Of a stretch of 64,000 nt of DNA, positions 22,721 to 36,221 are shown piece after piece. Every line of letters begins with the position of its first letter. The stretch's first letter is position 1. Source of the DNA: Mobula hypostoma (taxonomy: Eukaryota); NCBI RefSeq assembly GCF_963921235.1, contig NC_086099.1, positions 122,202,001-122,266,000 of the forward strand, read 5' to 3'. The notes under the pieces were generated by a model. That model saw only the letters and a list, made by a program, of their open reading frames with translations, was not told where the DNA came from and ran no database searches. Position numbers and translations under genes: made by a program.

Positions 22721-24079
22721 GTAAATGAAACAGCAGCTTGGCAGAGTTTAAAAATGACCTGAGAGATTTGGAAAGAATTACAACATAGAATGCAGAACAG
22801 TACAGTATAGGAACAGCCCTCTCAGGGCTCTTAATAGTCTGTGATGTTTGTAGCAACATCAGCTGTCAGCTGAGCTGCTTTCAATCACCAATCAGGTGAA
22901 ACATGCCACTGCCTTGTGGCTCCAGACCATGATTAGGTCCCGACCAGTAGTGATGTGGTGTTTACCCGTTCTCCCTGTGATAGTGGGGCCCACCAGTGTT
23001 CTGGTTTGCTCCACATCCCAAATTCATGCCACTTGGTAAGTAATTGTAAACACAAAATAATCTGCAGATGCTGGGGTCAAAGCAACACTCACAACATGCT
23101 GGAGGAACTCAGCAGGTTGGGCAGCATCTGTGAAAACGATCAGTCGATGTTTCAGGCTGGAACCCTTCGACAGGTAAGTAATTGGCTGCGTAGATCACAG
23201 CAGCTGTAGTGTTACATGGGTTGTAAGTGATTGTGGGGAGGGCTTAAACCAGGCTGACTACACGCTAAGAATTGGTTTGAAGTTGCCAGGTGAGGCTGTG
23301 CAAAATTAGATCTAACATTGTGCATCTGGTTGGGCAGGGCACATTGTTCATGGCCCAAACTCCATTCTGATATCTCCACTGACTCCTGGGGTTCTCTGGC
23401 CCGTAACCACTCCTAAGAACTTCGATGGCAATGAGATCTCAGCTGTGTATCAGAACTCAGTCGTGGTAGGAGTGGACACCTCACAGAATATTCCTTACCC
23501 CTCCCACAAAGTTTAAAATGCATTTATTATCAAAGTATGTGTATGTCACAGTGTACTTGAGATGCACTTTCTTGTGGGGGAAAAATGCAATAGAATTTAT
23601 GAGCAATTTGATATGAAGAATGACAACCAATGTGCAAAAGCAGTCAAGCTGCAAATGAAATTAACACTGAGAACATGAGTTGTAAAAGTCCTTGAACTGA
23701 GTAGAGGTGAGTGAAGTTATCCACGCTGGTTCAAGAACCTGGTGGCTGTAGGATAATAACTGTTCCCGAACGTGGTGGTTTAAGGATCTGCTGCCTGATG
23801 GTAGTGGTGAGAAGAGGGCATAGCCTGGATTGTTAGGAATCATTGATGACAGATGATGCTTTTTTGTGATGGCACTTGTTGTAGATGTACTCAATGGTGG
23901 GGAGGGCTTTGCCTGTGTAAGACTGGGCTGTATACATCATTTTTCGCATCCCTTCAGCCACCTCTTCTCAATGGAAGATTATGCACAAGATACTGTTAGA
24001 TATTGTAATGCAGAATACTGCAATTCCAATTCACTGGTTCATCCTGAATTTAGTCAAGAAGAAAAAGGAAGTTAGGATC

Positions 24080-24897
24080 AAATGAAGCATATGAGCATAA
24101 AGAAGTCAGAAAAGAACTAAAAAGGGGAATTTGGAAAGGCAGGAGAAGCCATGAAAAGTCCTTGACAAGTAGGATTCAGGTGAATCCTAAGACATTCTAT
24201 ACATACATCAAGAGTAAGAGGATAACTAGGGAGAGGGTGGGACTGTTCAAGGATAAAGGGGGGAGTATTTACTTTAATGTAGAGAATGTGAGTGAAGTAT
24301 TTAATGAGTACTTTGCTGCATTATTTATCAAGGAAAAGGATATGGAGGACCAGGAGATCATGGCTGAGTGTTGGGGCATTTAGAGGTCAAGCAGGAGGAA
24401 GTGTTGGGCCTGTATTAGGGTGGAGAGGTCCCCAGGGTCTGATGGGATTTACCCCAGGTTATTGAAAGAGACAAGATTGTTGGGCCCTTGACCAGTGTTT
24501 TTGTGTCCTCTCTCTAGACACAGGCAAGGTCCCAGATGACTGGCAAGCGGCTAATGTTGTACCTCTATTTAAGAGGGGAACAAGGGAAAATCCTGGGAAT
24601 TAGAGACTGGTGAGTCTCACATCAGGTGTAGGACATAGCTGGAGAAAATTCTTCGGGCTAGGATAACTGAGCATTTGGAAATCCATCGCCTAATCAGGGT
24701 GAGCTAGAATGGCTGTGTGGGGCAGGTCATGCCTTACCAACTTGAATGAGACTTTTGACAAGGTAATGAGAGTAGGACAGTGAATGTTGTCTACATTGAT
24801 TTTAGTAAGGCATTTGGCAAAGTCCCTCATGGGAGTCTAATCCAGAAGATTAGATACATGGGATTCGCAGTGAATTGGCTGTTCGGATTCAGAACTC
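24080..24897 (+). mobile_element. Degenerate CR1 ORF2 fragment
   Basis: ORF 24162-24383 (NPKTFYTYIKSKRITRERVG...) is followed by degenerate RT motifs. Confidence 0.8.
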
Positions 24898-25329
24898 TTG
24901 TTCATAGAAGTCCTCTCCACAACTGAGCACATCTACATGGAGTGCTGTCACAGGAAAGCAGCATCCATCATCAAAGACCCTTCTCTTCTTGCTCTGCCAT
25001 CAGGAAGGACATACAGGAGCCTCAGGACCTACACCACTCGATTCAGAAACAGTTATTTCCCCTCAACCACCAGGCTCTTGAACCATCACTGAATTGTTCC
25101 CACAATCTATGGACTCTTCAAGGATTCTTCATTTCATGTTCTTGGTATTTACCAAAATACATGCTTATTTATTATTATTGTCTTTTTTTCTATTTGCACA
25201 GTTTGTTTTCTTATGCACAATGGTTGTTTGTCCTTCCCGTTAGTTGTGGTATTTCATTGTGTTTCTTGTATTTACTGTGAACACCCACAAGAAACTGAAT
25301 CTCAGGATTGTATATGGTGCGATATAGTG

Positions 25330-25640
25330 TAGCAGAACGAGGGGCCACAGTTTGAGGATAGAGGGGAAGCCTTTTAGGACCGAGATTAGGAAAAACTTCT
25401 TCACACAGAGAGTGGTGAATCTGTGGAATTCTCTGCCACAGGAAACAGTTGAGGCCAGTTCATTGGCTATATTTAAGAGGGAGTTAGATATGGCCCTTGT
25501 GGCTATGGGGGTCAGGGGGTATGGAGGGAAGGCTGAGGCAGGGTTCTGAGTTGGAGGATCAGCCATGATCATAATAAATGGCGGTGCGGGCTCGAAGGGC
25601 CGAATGGCCTACTCCTGCACCTATTTTCTATGTTTCTATA
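25330..25640 (+). mobile_element. Young CR1 3'-end insertion (same subfamily as 45163-47243)
   Basis: Near-identical to 46935-47243 and ends in a TTTCTATG tail. Confidence 0.9.
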
Positions 25641-26488
25641 TCACTATATATATATATACACACACACGTAATAAATTTACTTAGAACTTTGAACATTTTG
25701 AGATAATTTTCCAGGTCTGTTGACTCCTGATCTCTGTAACTGATTCATCCGTCCTACAGTCATTTTTACCTGTGTGCCTGGACTTGGCCCACACTCTGTG
25801 TCAATATCGTATGTACACACCTTCTTTCCCTTTCACACCCAGCAAGATGTTGACTCCCACTGGGTTACAGTGCCACTGGCTGCTACTCACGGCAGGAGGC
25901 ATTGGCCGGTGTCAATCCACTGACCACAATCAATCAGAGAACACAGAAACTTATAGCACAGTGCAGACCATTTGGCCCACAATATTATCGTCATCTTCTC
26001 CTCGTGCCCGTCACTCCATAGGCTGCCGACCAGACTCACCAGACTCCTTTGTCCTGGACCAGTCTTTCAAATTGTCCCCAGCTATAACCCATCTTCGAAG
26101 CTGCTTCCCTTCACAGGGGTGAGTACTCTGAAGTCCCTCTTGCCGTTTCAGCAGCTCTGGGCTTTTATGGGAGAGGGTTGCTAGTCCCATGCCCAACCCT
26201 CCTCCTCACGCAGTGAGCTTGGCACCATCCATGGTGAAGTTCCACAATGTTGAGCCAACCTCTTAACTCCCACCAAGATCAATCACACCCTTCCCTTCTA
26301 CACAGCTCTCCATTTTTCTATCTTCTGTGTGCCTATCTAAGAGTCATTTAAATGCCCCTGTTGTACCTGGCAGGGTGTTCCACGCACCCGCCACCCTCTG
26401 TGTAAAGGTAATAGATTCAGGTTTAGCAGTGCATTAAAAAATTACTGTAAGTTGCAAGAAATAAAATAACTAAATAAATAGTGCAAAA

Positions 26489-26781
26489 GGGGAATAGTGA
26501 GGAAGTGCACGTGGGTTTGTTGTCCATTCAGAAATCGGACGGTAGAGGGGAATAGTGAGGAAGTGCACGTGGGTTTGTTGTCCATTCAGAAATCGGACGG
26601 TAGAGGGGAATAGTGAGGAAGTGCACATGGGCTCGTTGACCATTCAGAAATCGGACGGTAGAGGGGAATAGTGAGGAAGTGCACGTGGGTTTGTTGTCCA
26701 TTCAGAAATCGGACGGTAGAGGGGAATAGTGAGGAAGTGCACATGGGCTCGTTGACCATTCAGAAATCGGACGGTAGAGGG
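26489..26781. repeat. 58-bp tandem repeat x5 inside a LINE 3' fragment
   Basis: GAATAGTGAGGAAGTGCAC recurs at 26492, 26550, 26608, 26666 and 26724. Confidence 0.92.
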
Positions 26782-27629
26782 GCAGGACCTGTTCCCAAAA
26801 TGTTGAGTGTGTTATTTCAGGCTCCTGCACCTCCTCCCTGATGGTAGCAACGAGAAGAGGCCGTGTCCTGGGTGACCGGGGTCCTTAATCCCTGTTTGAG
26901 GAGATGTCCTGGATGCTGGGGTAGCTGGTGCCTGTGATGGAGCTGGCTGAGTTTACAACTTTCTGCAGCTTTTTCCCATCCCATGCAGTGGCCCCTCCGT
27001 AGCAATTAGAATGCTCTCAGAATACATATATAGAAATTTGCAAGAGTCCTTGGTGACATACCGTATCTGCTCAAACTCCTAATGAGATGTAGGTGTTTGT
27101 GTACCTTCCTTCTGATTGTTTAGATTAGGTCAATCACTCTACGGGAAAGGAAAAAATGTTGAGTACTCACAATATTGACACAGACTGAGGTTAAAGGGTG
27201 TGGCGCCAACACAGGGAAGTGGTGCTGCAACTTTGACTTAAAATCCCTGGGCCGTCTGGACCAGAGGACATGCATTGAAGGTGAGAGGGGCTAGGGTGAA
27301 GGGGTAAGTTTTTTACTCAGAGGGTGGTGGATGCCTGGAATGTGCTGCTTGGTCCAGTGGTAGAGGCAAATATATTGGAGGCTTTTAAGAGATGCTTGGG
27401 TGGGCACATGGATGTGAGGAAGATGGAGGGATATGAACACAGTGCAGGAAGGAAGGGTTACTGTTTCGGTGTTTTTGATTTGCTAAAAAGCTGGTTTGGC
27501 ACAGCATTGTGGGGCCGAATGGCCTCCTCCTGTGCTGTACGCTTCCACTGGTGAGGCCGGCAGTGAGGGACCTTGGCTGTCGCGTGGATTAGGCTCCTGT
27601 TCATGCTTCAGGATCTCCAGTTGCAGTCA

Positions 27630-28075
27630 GCAAGGAAGAAAACAGCGAAACATAAAACTAATTGAAAGAAAAGCATGGAGCTAGAAGTAGCGTGAAAACT
27701 TTGTTTTTACTTTTAGCAAAGTGTGCACTTACGGTGTGGTGGCATGATGACATATGCATCAATGTACTTTTGCAAATAAACTGCAATGCATGGTGGAACA
27801 CAAGAAGAAGGCTTAATCAAATAATATATTTACAATATTACTCAAATATTACTGAATACACAACACTCCTCCCTGCTTAGTTATAAACTCCATCTCAATA
27901 TAGAATGTATCTCATCTCAAATATGTACACACACACACACACATATATATAAACATAAATATATGGTATCCTATACAGCTACTATATACACACCCAGAAG
28001 ATAGTAAAAGTTGTCCCATTCAGGCCTAAAGATTTAATCGCTATGGAGCATTTCTTACTCTTGTGAGATAACATT
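27630..28075 (-). mobile_element. Gypsy 3' end/LTR fragment (same family as 41440-43670)
   Basis: TTGTCCCATTCAGGCCTAAAGATTTA is the reverse complement of the motif at ~43331 and ~50898. The GGTGTGGTGGCATGATG LTR motif is also shared. Confidence 0.6.
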
Positions 28076-28084
28076 ATTCAATTA

Positions 28085-29225
28085 GACATAAAGCATAAGA
28101 GCAGAATTAGGCCATTCGGCCCATCGAGTCTGCGCCACCACTTCATCATGGCTGATCCAATTCCCTCTCAGCCCATTATCTTGCCTTCTCCTCATAATGT
28201 TTCAAGAACTAATCAAGAACCTTTCAACCTCTGCCTTCAATACATCCAATGACTTGGGGCTCCACAGTTGCCTGTGGCAGTGAGTTCCACAGATTCGCCA
28301 TCCTCTGGCTGGGGATGTTCCTCCTTATCTCTGAATGGATGACCCTCTATACTGAGGTTGTGCTGTCTGTTCCTAGACTCCCCCCACTATAGGAAATAAC
28401 CTCTCCACACCCTCTCTATGGGGGCCTTTCAACATTCGGTAGGTTTCTATGAGATCCCCCTCATTCTTCCGAATTCCAGTAGTACAGGCCCAAAACCATC
28501 ATATAGTAAACCTCATATAATAAGCCTTACATTCCAGGAATCATTTTCATGAGCCTCCTTTAAACCCCCATCCAATGCCAGCACATTCTTTTTCTTATCC
28601 TTGCTTTTATATTCTAGTCCTCTTGAAATGGATGCTAATGTTGCATTTGCCTTCCTCACCACAGACTCAACCTGCAAATTAACCTTAAAATCTGTGGGCA
28701 CTCTGGACCTTAGTCAGGAAGATTGATTAGTCAAGCGTTAAAAGTTATGGGAAGATTTGGGCTGAGAGGGAAAATAAGTCAGCCGTGATGGAATGGTGGA
28801 GTAGACTGGATGGGCTGAATGGCCTATTTCAGCTCCTATGTCTTATGGTCTAAAGGTTTAAAGAGATACGGGGTCTAATGTGGGAAATAGCTTAGCTATT
28901 AGGACCAGAGGACACAGCCTCAGAATAGAGGGCAGTTCCTTTAGACCTGAGATGAGGAGGAATTCCTTTAGGTAGAGGGTGGTAAAACTGTGGAATTCAT
29001 TGCTGCAGACGGCTATGGAGGGCAAGTGATTGAGTTTACTTAAAGCGGAAGTTGATAGGTTCTTGATTAGTCAGGGCATCAAAGGTTATGGGGTTGAGAG
29101 GGATAATAAGGCTCGAAGGGCCGAATGGCCTACTCCTGCACCTATTTTCTATGTTTCTATGTTTCTATGTAATAAGTCAGCCATGATGGAAGGGCGGAGC
29201 AGACTTGATGGGCCAAGTGGCCTCA
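28085..29225. mobile_element. Cluster of CR1 3'-end fragments in both orientations
   Basis: Repeated CAGCCATGATGGAATGG and GAATGGCCTA motifs, plus an ORF with VESVVRKANATLASISRGLEYKS. Confidence 0.75.
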
Positions 29226-32200
29226 TTCTGCTCCCATTTTTCACAGCCTATTGGTGTTGTAGGAGGTGCTCGATGGTATTCTACTTCTCACGTCGTGTTA
29301 GTGATGTTCAGGCGCTTCACTGCTGAAGTACCCAAAGACTCCGAAACGCAGTGGTGTAGCGGCAGGAAAGCACAGCGGTTATCACGATGCTTGACAGCAC
29401 CAGGGACCCGGGTTCAGTTCCCGCAGCCGTCTGAAAGGAGGGTGTACGTTCTCACCGCGGCTGTGCGGATTTCCTCCAGGTGTCCAGTTTCCTCCCACAG
29501 TCCAAACACCAACGGGCACATGGGTGTAATGGGGGAGGGGTTGCGCAGGTTCACTGGGCCAGAAGGATCTGTCACCATGTTATAAGTCTGGAAATCTAAA
29601 TCTCATCTAGTGAAAATGTTCTCTGCCTATTCTCAGTTATGAAAATGCCGACCAAATAATCCTGTAAACATCTAAATTGTGAGGAAAACAATGTCTTTTG
29701 TATTATTTCTCCTTGTAATATGTGCTGAGAGACCAGATATCCTTCTGGCTTGTGGCATTTCTGTGACGCAGCAGTGTGTCAGATAGAGTCATGAGGCTAC
29801 ATCCAGCCCACGGGTCTTCCAGCGGTCTGCCTCAGGCTGGCACTTTCCTGGGCACGCCACTGGACACCTGATCTGGGAGCGATGTGATCACTCACATTAA
29901 ATATTCAAAGACCATTAAATATTCATTTTGCTGTTCATGTTCTCCAAACAAAACTTTTAAACAACATCTGTAAATTCGCTAAGTAAAATGGAACAGTCAA
30001 GAGTAGCAAATTGGTTGCTTGGGGCTGCTCTGTGCAATCCTCACTCCACCCCAGTATCCCAATGGAGTGAGGAGAATTCAAGGGCCCTCACACACACAGA
30101 CGTCACCCCACCCCACCCCACCCCTTTGCAAGATGGCGGAATAACAGCACCAAGTCAAAATATCTTTATTATCAAAACTATGTACACTACCTTGAGATTC
30201 ATTTTCTTGCAGGAAACAAAGGAAGTACAATTAAATTTATGACAAACTATAAATACACAAAGACTGACAACCCATGTGCAAAAGAAGAGAAACTGTGTGA
30301 ATAAAGAATAAATAAAACTGAGAACATGAGGTGTAGAGTCCTTGAAACTGAGTCTGTGAGTTGTGGAATCAGCTCAGAGTTGCAGTGAGTGAAGATATTC
30401 TCTTTGGTTCAGGAGCCGCATGGCTGAGGGGTGATAACTGTTCCTGAACCTGTTGTGTGGGTCCTGAGGCTCCTGTACCTCCTTCCTGATGGCAGCAGTG
30501 AGAAGAGAGCAGGGTCTGGGTGGTGGGGGTCCTTGGTGATGGCTGCTGCTCTCCTGTAACAGTGCTGCATGTCGAGTTCAGTGGCAGGCAGGGTTGTACC
30601 TGTGACAGAGCGGGCAGTGTCCACCACATGTACAAATAAAGCTAATGTTTTCATTTCCATCTGTCCGAACTTTTAGGGGAGGCAAATTCAACAACTTTCA
30701 AAACCCAAGAAGTTCAACTTTATTACGAATGTGTGTGTATGTTACAATATACTGCCTTGAGATTAATTTCCCTGCAGGCTTTAGAGGGAGAAGGAAATAT
30801 GACAGAGCTGTACCTAAACTATCCATAACTGCGTGATGATTGATAAATGGCCAATGTGCACAAGAAGAGAAACTGGAAATAAACTGAGAACTTGAGTAGC
30901 AACCGTGCAGTGGAGTAAGTTGGTAGCCTCATCCCCTCATCTGGGACCATTCCAGACTGACTGAGGCTAGAGAGGAAAGACCCCTCCCTTTGGCTGTGCT
31001 GTGAGGTACAGTTTTAAGGCTGCACAGTCCCAACAGGGAGCCCCTGTGATATTGTTCCTCAACTCCCAGACTGCTGGTTAAACCAGTTTCATTAACCAAC
31101 GGTCACCTGCTTTCTGTTTCTCAGATCACTAGCAGTAACCTGCTTTGTTGCTCAGTGAAACACAGTTCCATGGCCTGATTGATACCATTGATACAAAACT
31201 TGCTGATGAGATCAGTTTGTCGTCCTCGTCTCGGTAACCCTTACACACAATGCTTACTCGTGTTATAAGGCTGTAAAATCCATAAGACACAGGAGCAGAA
31301 TTCAGCCTGTCGATTCTGCTCTGCCATTCCATCATGGCTGATTTATTATCCCTCTCAACCCCATTCTCTTGCCTTCTCCCCATAGCCCTTAATGCTCTGC
31401 CTAATCACTTTAAATATTCTCAGTGAATTGGCCTCCACAACCATCTGTGACAATGAATTCCATAGATTTACTACCCTCTCACTCTTGTGAACCCCCCCCT
31501 TCCCTTTCTGCTCTGATTCCTTCTTCTTCAACAACCTATCAACTGTCTTTCATCTATCACCTCCCAGCTTCTTACCTCATCTCCCCCCACCTCTGCCCAC
31601 CCACCTCCCCCTCCCCTCCACTCCACCTTCTTATTCTGGCTTCTTTCTACTTCCTTTCCAGTCCTGATGAAGGGTCTTGGCCCAAAACGGTGGCTATTTA
31701 TTCCTCTCCATAGATGCTGCCGGACCTGCTGAATTCCTCCAGCATTTTGTGTGCATTCTTCTTCATCTCTGTTCTACGTGGATGTCACTCTAATCTGAAG
31801 CTGTGCCCTCTGGTGCTAGACTCCCCTACCACAGGAAACATCTTCTCCACATCCACTCAGTCTAGGCCTTTCAATGTTCAACATGATTCAATGAGACCTC
31901 CTCACCATTCTTCTAAACTCCAGCGAGTACAGGCCCTGAGCCATCGTGATCTTCATACATTAACCCTTTCATTCCCAGGATCCCTTCACCACCCCCATAT
32001 TAATGAACCAGGACCAAGAGTTCAAAGTAAATTTTATTATCAAAGTACTTATAAGTCATTAAATACTACCCTGAGATTCATTTTCTCAGCTAAAATCTGC
32101 AAACAAGGACTGACAAATTGTGGAAATGCATAAAGTAGCAGGTAATAATAATTAATAAATAAATAATATTTAGAACATGAATAGTGGTAATAATAATTAA

Positions 32201-32889
32201 TAAATAAATAATATTGAGAACACGAGCTGTCAAGTCCTTGAAAGTGAGTCCATAGGTTGTGGAATCAGTTTGGTGTTGAGGTGAGTGAAGCTATCCAGAT
32301 CAGTTCAGGAGCCTAATGGTTGAGGGGTAATACCTTCCTGAACTTGGTGGTGTGAGGCTCTTCTACCTCCTTCTCAATGACAGCAGCAAGCAGAGAGCGT
32401 GGCCTGGATGGTGGGGGTCTTTGATGTTGGATGCTGCTTTCTTGTGGCAGCACTCCTTGTCGATGTGATCAATGGTGGGGAGTGCATTGCCTGTGATGGA
32501 CTGGGCTGTGTCCACTAATTTGTGTCGGTTTTTCCAGTCAAGGGCACAGGTGTTCCCAAGAATCGACAGCCATGCGGAATGTGATGAATACAGCCCACCA
32601 ACAACTGGAGTAAATGTCAGATCTTGGACGTTGGCTCGGAGGGTTAATCTGCAGCTTGTGCAGGCAGGATTGAGAGAAATTACTGCTCTTTCTTCTTCAT
32701 CTCAATTTCAGGAGAGTGGGTGATACAAGAAGAGGGTACACAAAGCTACCCCTCAGTTAGCCTAAACTTGGAGCTGAGGCTTTTAAAGTTTTTATTTATT
32801 TAGAGATACCGCACGGTACAGGCGCTACAAGCTGCGTTGCCTAGCAACCCACTGATTGAACACTAGCCCATTTAACCGGTATGTCTTCG

Positions 32890-33362
32890 GACAGCAGGAG
32901 GTACAGCTGTACACCTGCTCGTTAATGCAAATATCTAATCAGCCAATCACATGGCAGCAGTTCAATGCATAAAAGCATGCAGACGTGGTCAGGAGGTTCA
33001 TTTCTTCACCAAATATCAGAATGGGGAAGAAATGTGATCTAAGTGACTTTGACTGTGGAATAATTGTTGGCAGATTGGTTTGAGTATCTCAGAAACTGCT
33101 GTCTCCAGGGATTTTCACACACAACAGTCTCTAGAGCTTACAGAGAATGGTGCGAAAAACGAAAAAACAAATCCAGTGAGCGGCAGCTCTGTGGGCGAGA
33201 ATGCCTTGTTAATGAGAGAGGTCAGAGGAGAAAGGCCACGTTTTGTAACACTGGTGAATAGAAGAGCATCTCTGTGAATAGACAACATGTTGAACCTTGA
33301 AGAGGGTGGGTTACAGCAGAGGAAGACCATGAATATACACTCAGTGGTCACTTCACTAGGTA
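32890..33362 (+). mobile_element. Tc1/mariner-derived fragment
   Basis: ATGGGGAAGAAATGTGATCTAAGTGACTTTGAC encodes MGKKCDLSDFD, a Tc1 transposase N-terminus. TIR-like TACACTCAGTGG at ~33335. Confidence 0.7.
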
Positions 33363-33659
33363 AGGAGTTCTCGAATAAAGCAGCTACTGAGTTTATCTAC
33401 ATCAAAGTATAGAGATAATGACCAACAGAGTCCAAGGATGTGGTGAGGGCAGCCCACATGTGCTTCCAGTGCAAACATGGCATGTTCAGTAGAACAACAC
33501 AAGCAACAATGCCAATGACAAAAACAAAACCAGAACAAACTCTTACCCAGCTGTCCCACCGGCCCACCCTCTCACACACCCAGACACGCCTCCAATCACA
33601 GGTGAGGCTGTCTCCAGGTCCCCAGTCCTTGGCCCAGACTGGCAGGCATCAGGCCTCCA

Positions 33660-35670
33660 ACACTGGGCCTCACTCCAGGACACCAGTCACTCCCAGACCT
33701 CAGACCTGCAACATCAGGCCTCACCTCAGGACACCAATCACTCCCAGACATCAGGTCTCACCCCAGGACACCAGTCACTCCCAGACATCAGGTCTCACCT
33801 CAGGACAGCAATCACCCCCAGACATCAGGCCTCACCCCAGGACACCAGTCACTCCCAGACATCAGGTCTCACCTCAGGACAGCAATCACCCCCAGACATC
33901 AGGTCTCACCCCAGGACACCAGTCACTCCCAGACGTCAGGTCTCACCTCAGGACAGCAATCACCCCCAGACATCAGGCCTCACCCCAGGACACCAATCAC
34001 CCCCAGACATCAGGCCTCACCCCAGGACACCAGTCACTCCCAGACATCAGGCCTCACCCCAGGACACCAATCACCCCCAGACATCAGGCCTCACCCCAGG
34101 ACACCAATCACCCCCAGACATCAGGCCTCACCCCAGGACACCAATCACCCCCAGACATCAGGCCTCACCCCAGGACACCAGTCACTCCCAGACATCAGGT
34201 CTCACCTCAGGACAGCAATCACCCCCAGACATCAGACCTCACCCCAGGACACCAATCACCCCCAGACATCAGGCCTCACCTCAGGACACCAATCACTCCC
34301 AGACATCAGGTCTCACCTCAGGACAGAAATCACCCCCAGACATCAGACCTCACCCCAGGACACCAGTCACTCCCAGACGTCAGGCCTCACCCCAGGACAC
34401 CAATCACCCCCAGACATCAGACCTCACCCCAGGACACCAGTCACTCCCAGACGTCAGGCCTCACCCCAGGACACCAGTCACTCCCAGACGTCAGGCCTCA
34501 CCCCAGGACACCAATCACTCCCAGACGTCAGGCCTCACCCCAGGACACCAATCACTCCCAGACGTCAGGCCTCACCCCAGGACACCAGTCACTCCCAGAC
34601 GTCAGGCCTCACCCCAGGACACCAGTCACTCCCAGACATCAGGTCTCACCCCAGGACACCAGTCACTCCCAGACATCAGGTCTCACCTCAGGACAGCAAT
34701 CACTCCCAGACGTCAGGCCTCACCCCAGGACACCAGTCACTCCCAGACGTCAGGCCTCACCCCAGGACACCAGTCACTCCCAGACGTCAGGCCTCACCCC
34801 AGGACACCAATCACTCCTAGACATCAGACCTCACCCCAGGACACCAGTCACTCCCAGACGTCAGGCCTCACCCCAGGACACCAGTCACTCCTAGACATCA
34901 GGCCTCACCCCAGGACACCAGTCACTCCCAGACATCAGGTCTCACCTCAGGACAGCAATCACTCCTAGACATCAGGCCTCACCCCAGGACACCAGTCACT
35001 CCCAGACGTCAGGCCTCACCCCAGGACACCAGTCACTCCCAGACGTCAGGCCTCACCCCAGGACACCAGTCACTCCCAGACATCAGGTCTCACCTCAGGA
35101 CAGCAATCACTCCCAGACGTCAGGCCTCACCCCAGGACACCAGTCACTCCCAGACGTCAGGCCTCACCCCAGGACACCAGTCACTCCTAGACATCAGGCC
35201 TCACCCCAGGACACCAGTCACTCCCAGACATCAGGCCTCACCCCAGGACACCAGTCACTCCCAGACGTCAGGCCTCACCCCAGGACACCAGTCACTCCTA
35301 GACATCAGGCCTCACCCCAGGACACCAGTCACTCCCAGACGTCAGGCCTCACCCCAGGACACCAGTCACTCCCAGACATCAGGCCTCACCCCAGGACACC
35401 AGTCACTCCTAGACATCAGACCTCACCCCAGGACACCAGTCACTCCCAGACATCAGGTCTCACCTCAGGACAGCAATCACCCCCAGACATCAGGCCTCAC
35501 CCCAGGACACCAATCACTCCCAGACGTCAGGCCTCACCCCAGGACACCAGTCACTCCTAGACATCAGGCCTCACCCCAGGACACAGATCACTCCCAGACA
35601 TTAGACCTCCAACACTGGGTCTCACCTCAGGATTCTGGTCACTCCCAGACATCAGACCTGCAACATCGGA
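33660..35670. repeat. 37-bp minisatellite, ~54 copies (CAGACATCAGGCCTCACCCCAGGACACCAGTCACTCC)
   Basis: Tandem unit is directly visible and is the source of the 484-aa repetitive ORF. Confidence 0.95.
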
Positions 35671-36221
35671 CTTCACTGCACGACACGATCACCAGTTAGG
35701 CCTATGGGCTTTGACTTCTGGCCTTCCACAGAATTCAGAATCTGGTGACCTTGGCCTTTGTGATGCCTTTGAGCTTCAACCTTCAGGTTTCGGCCTTTAT
35801 CTTTGCCCTCAGGATTTTGCCAGGTTTCATCTTCAATTTTAAAAATAATACTGAGAACATTTTGTTTATCTTAAGGGCTCCCCAGTGGCAAAGCAATGAG
35901 TGTTATGCTATTACAGCTTGGGGTATTGGAGACAGACATCAATTCCTGTGCCGTTTTTAAAGAACTTGTATGTTATGCTCGTGGAATACGTGGGTTTTCT
36001 CTGGGTGCTCTGGTTTTCTCCCACAGTCCAAATATGTACTGGACAGAAGATTAATTGTAAATTGTCCTGTGATTAGGCTAGGGTTAAACTGGTGGGTAGT
36101 TGGGTGACATGGCTTGTTGGTCCGGAAGTCCCTATTCTCTGCTGTATCTCTAAATAAAGATAAAGATCACCTTAAATAAAGAAGTATAATTACTGGGAAC
36201 ATGAATTATAAAGTGAAAGTT

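Noticed and set aside
29350-29430. tRNA gene (A/B-box-like GGTGTAGCGG ... GGTTCAGTTCCC)
   Set aside because: It is the head of a tRNA-derived SINE, followed by the V-SINE-like body, with no intact cloverleaf.
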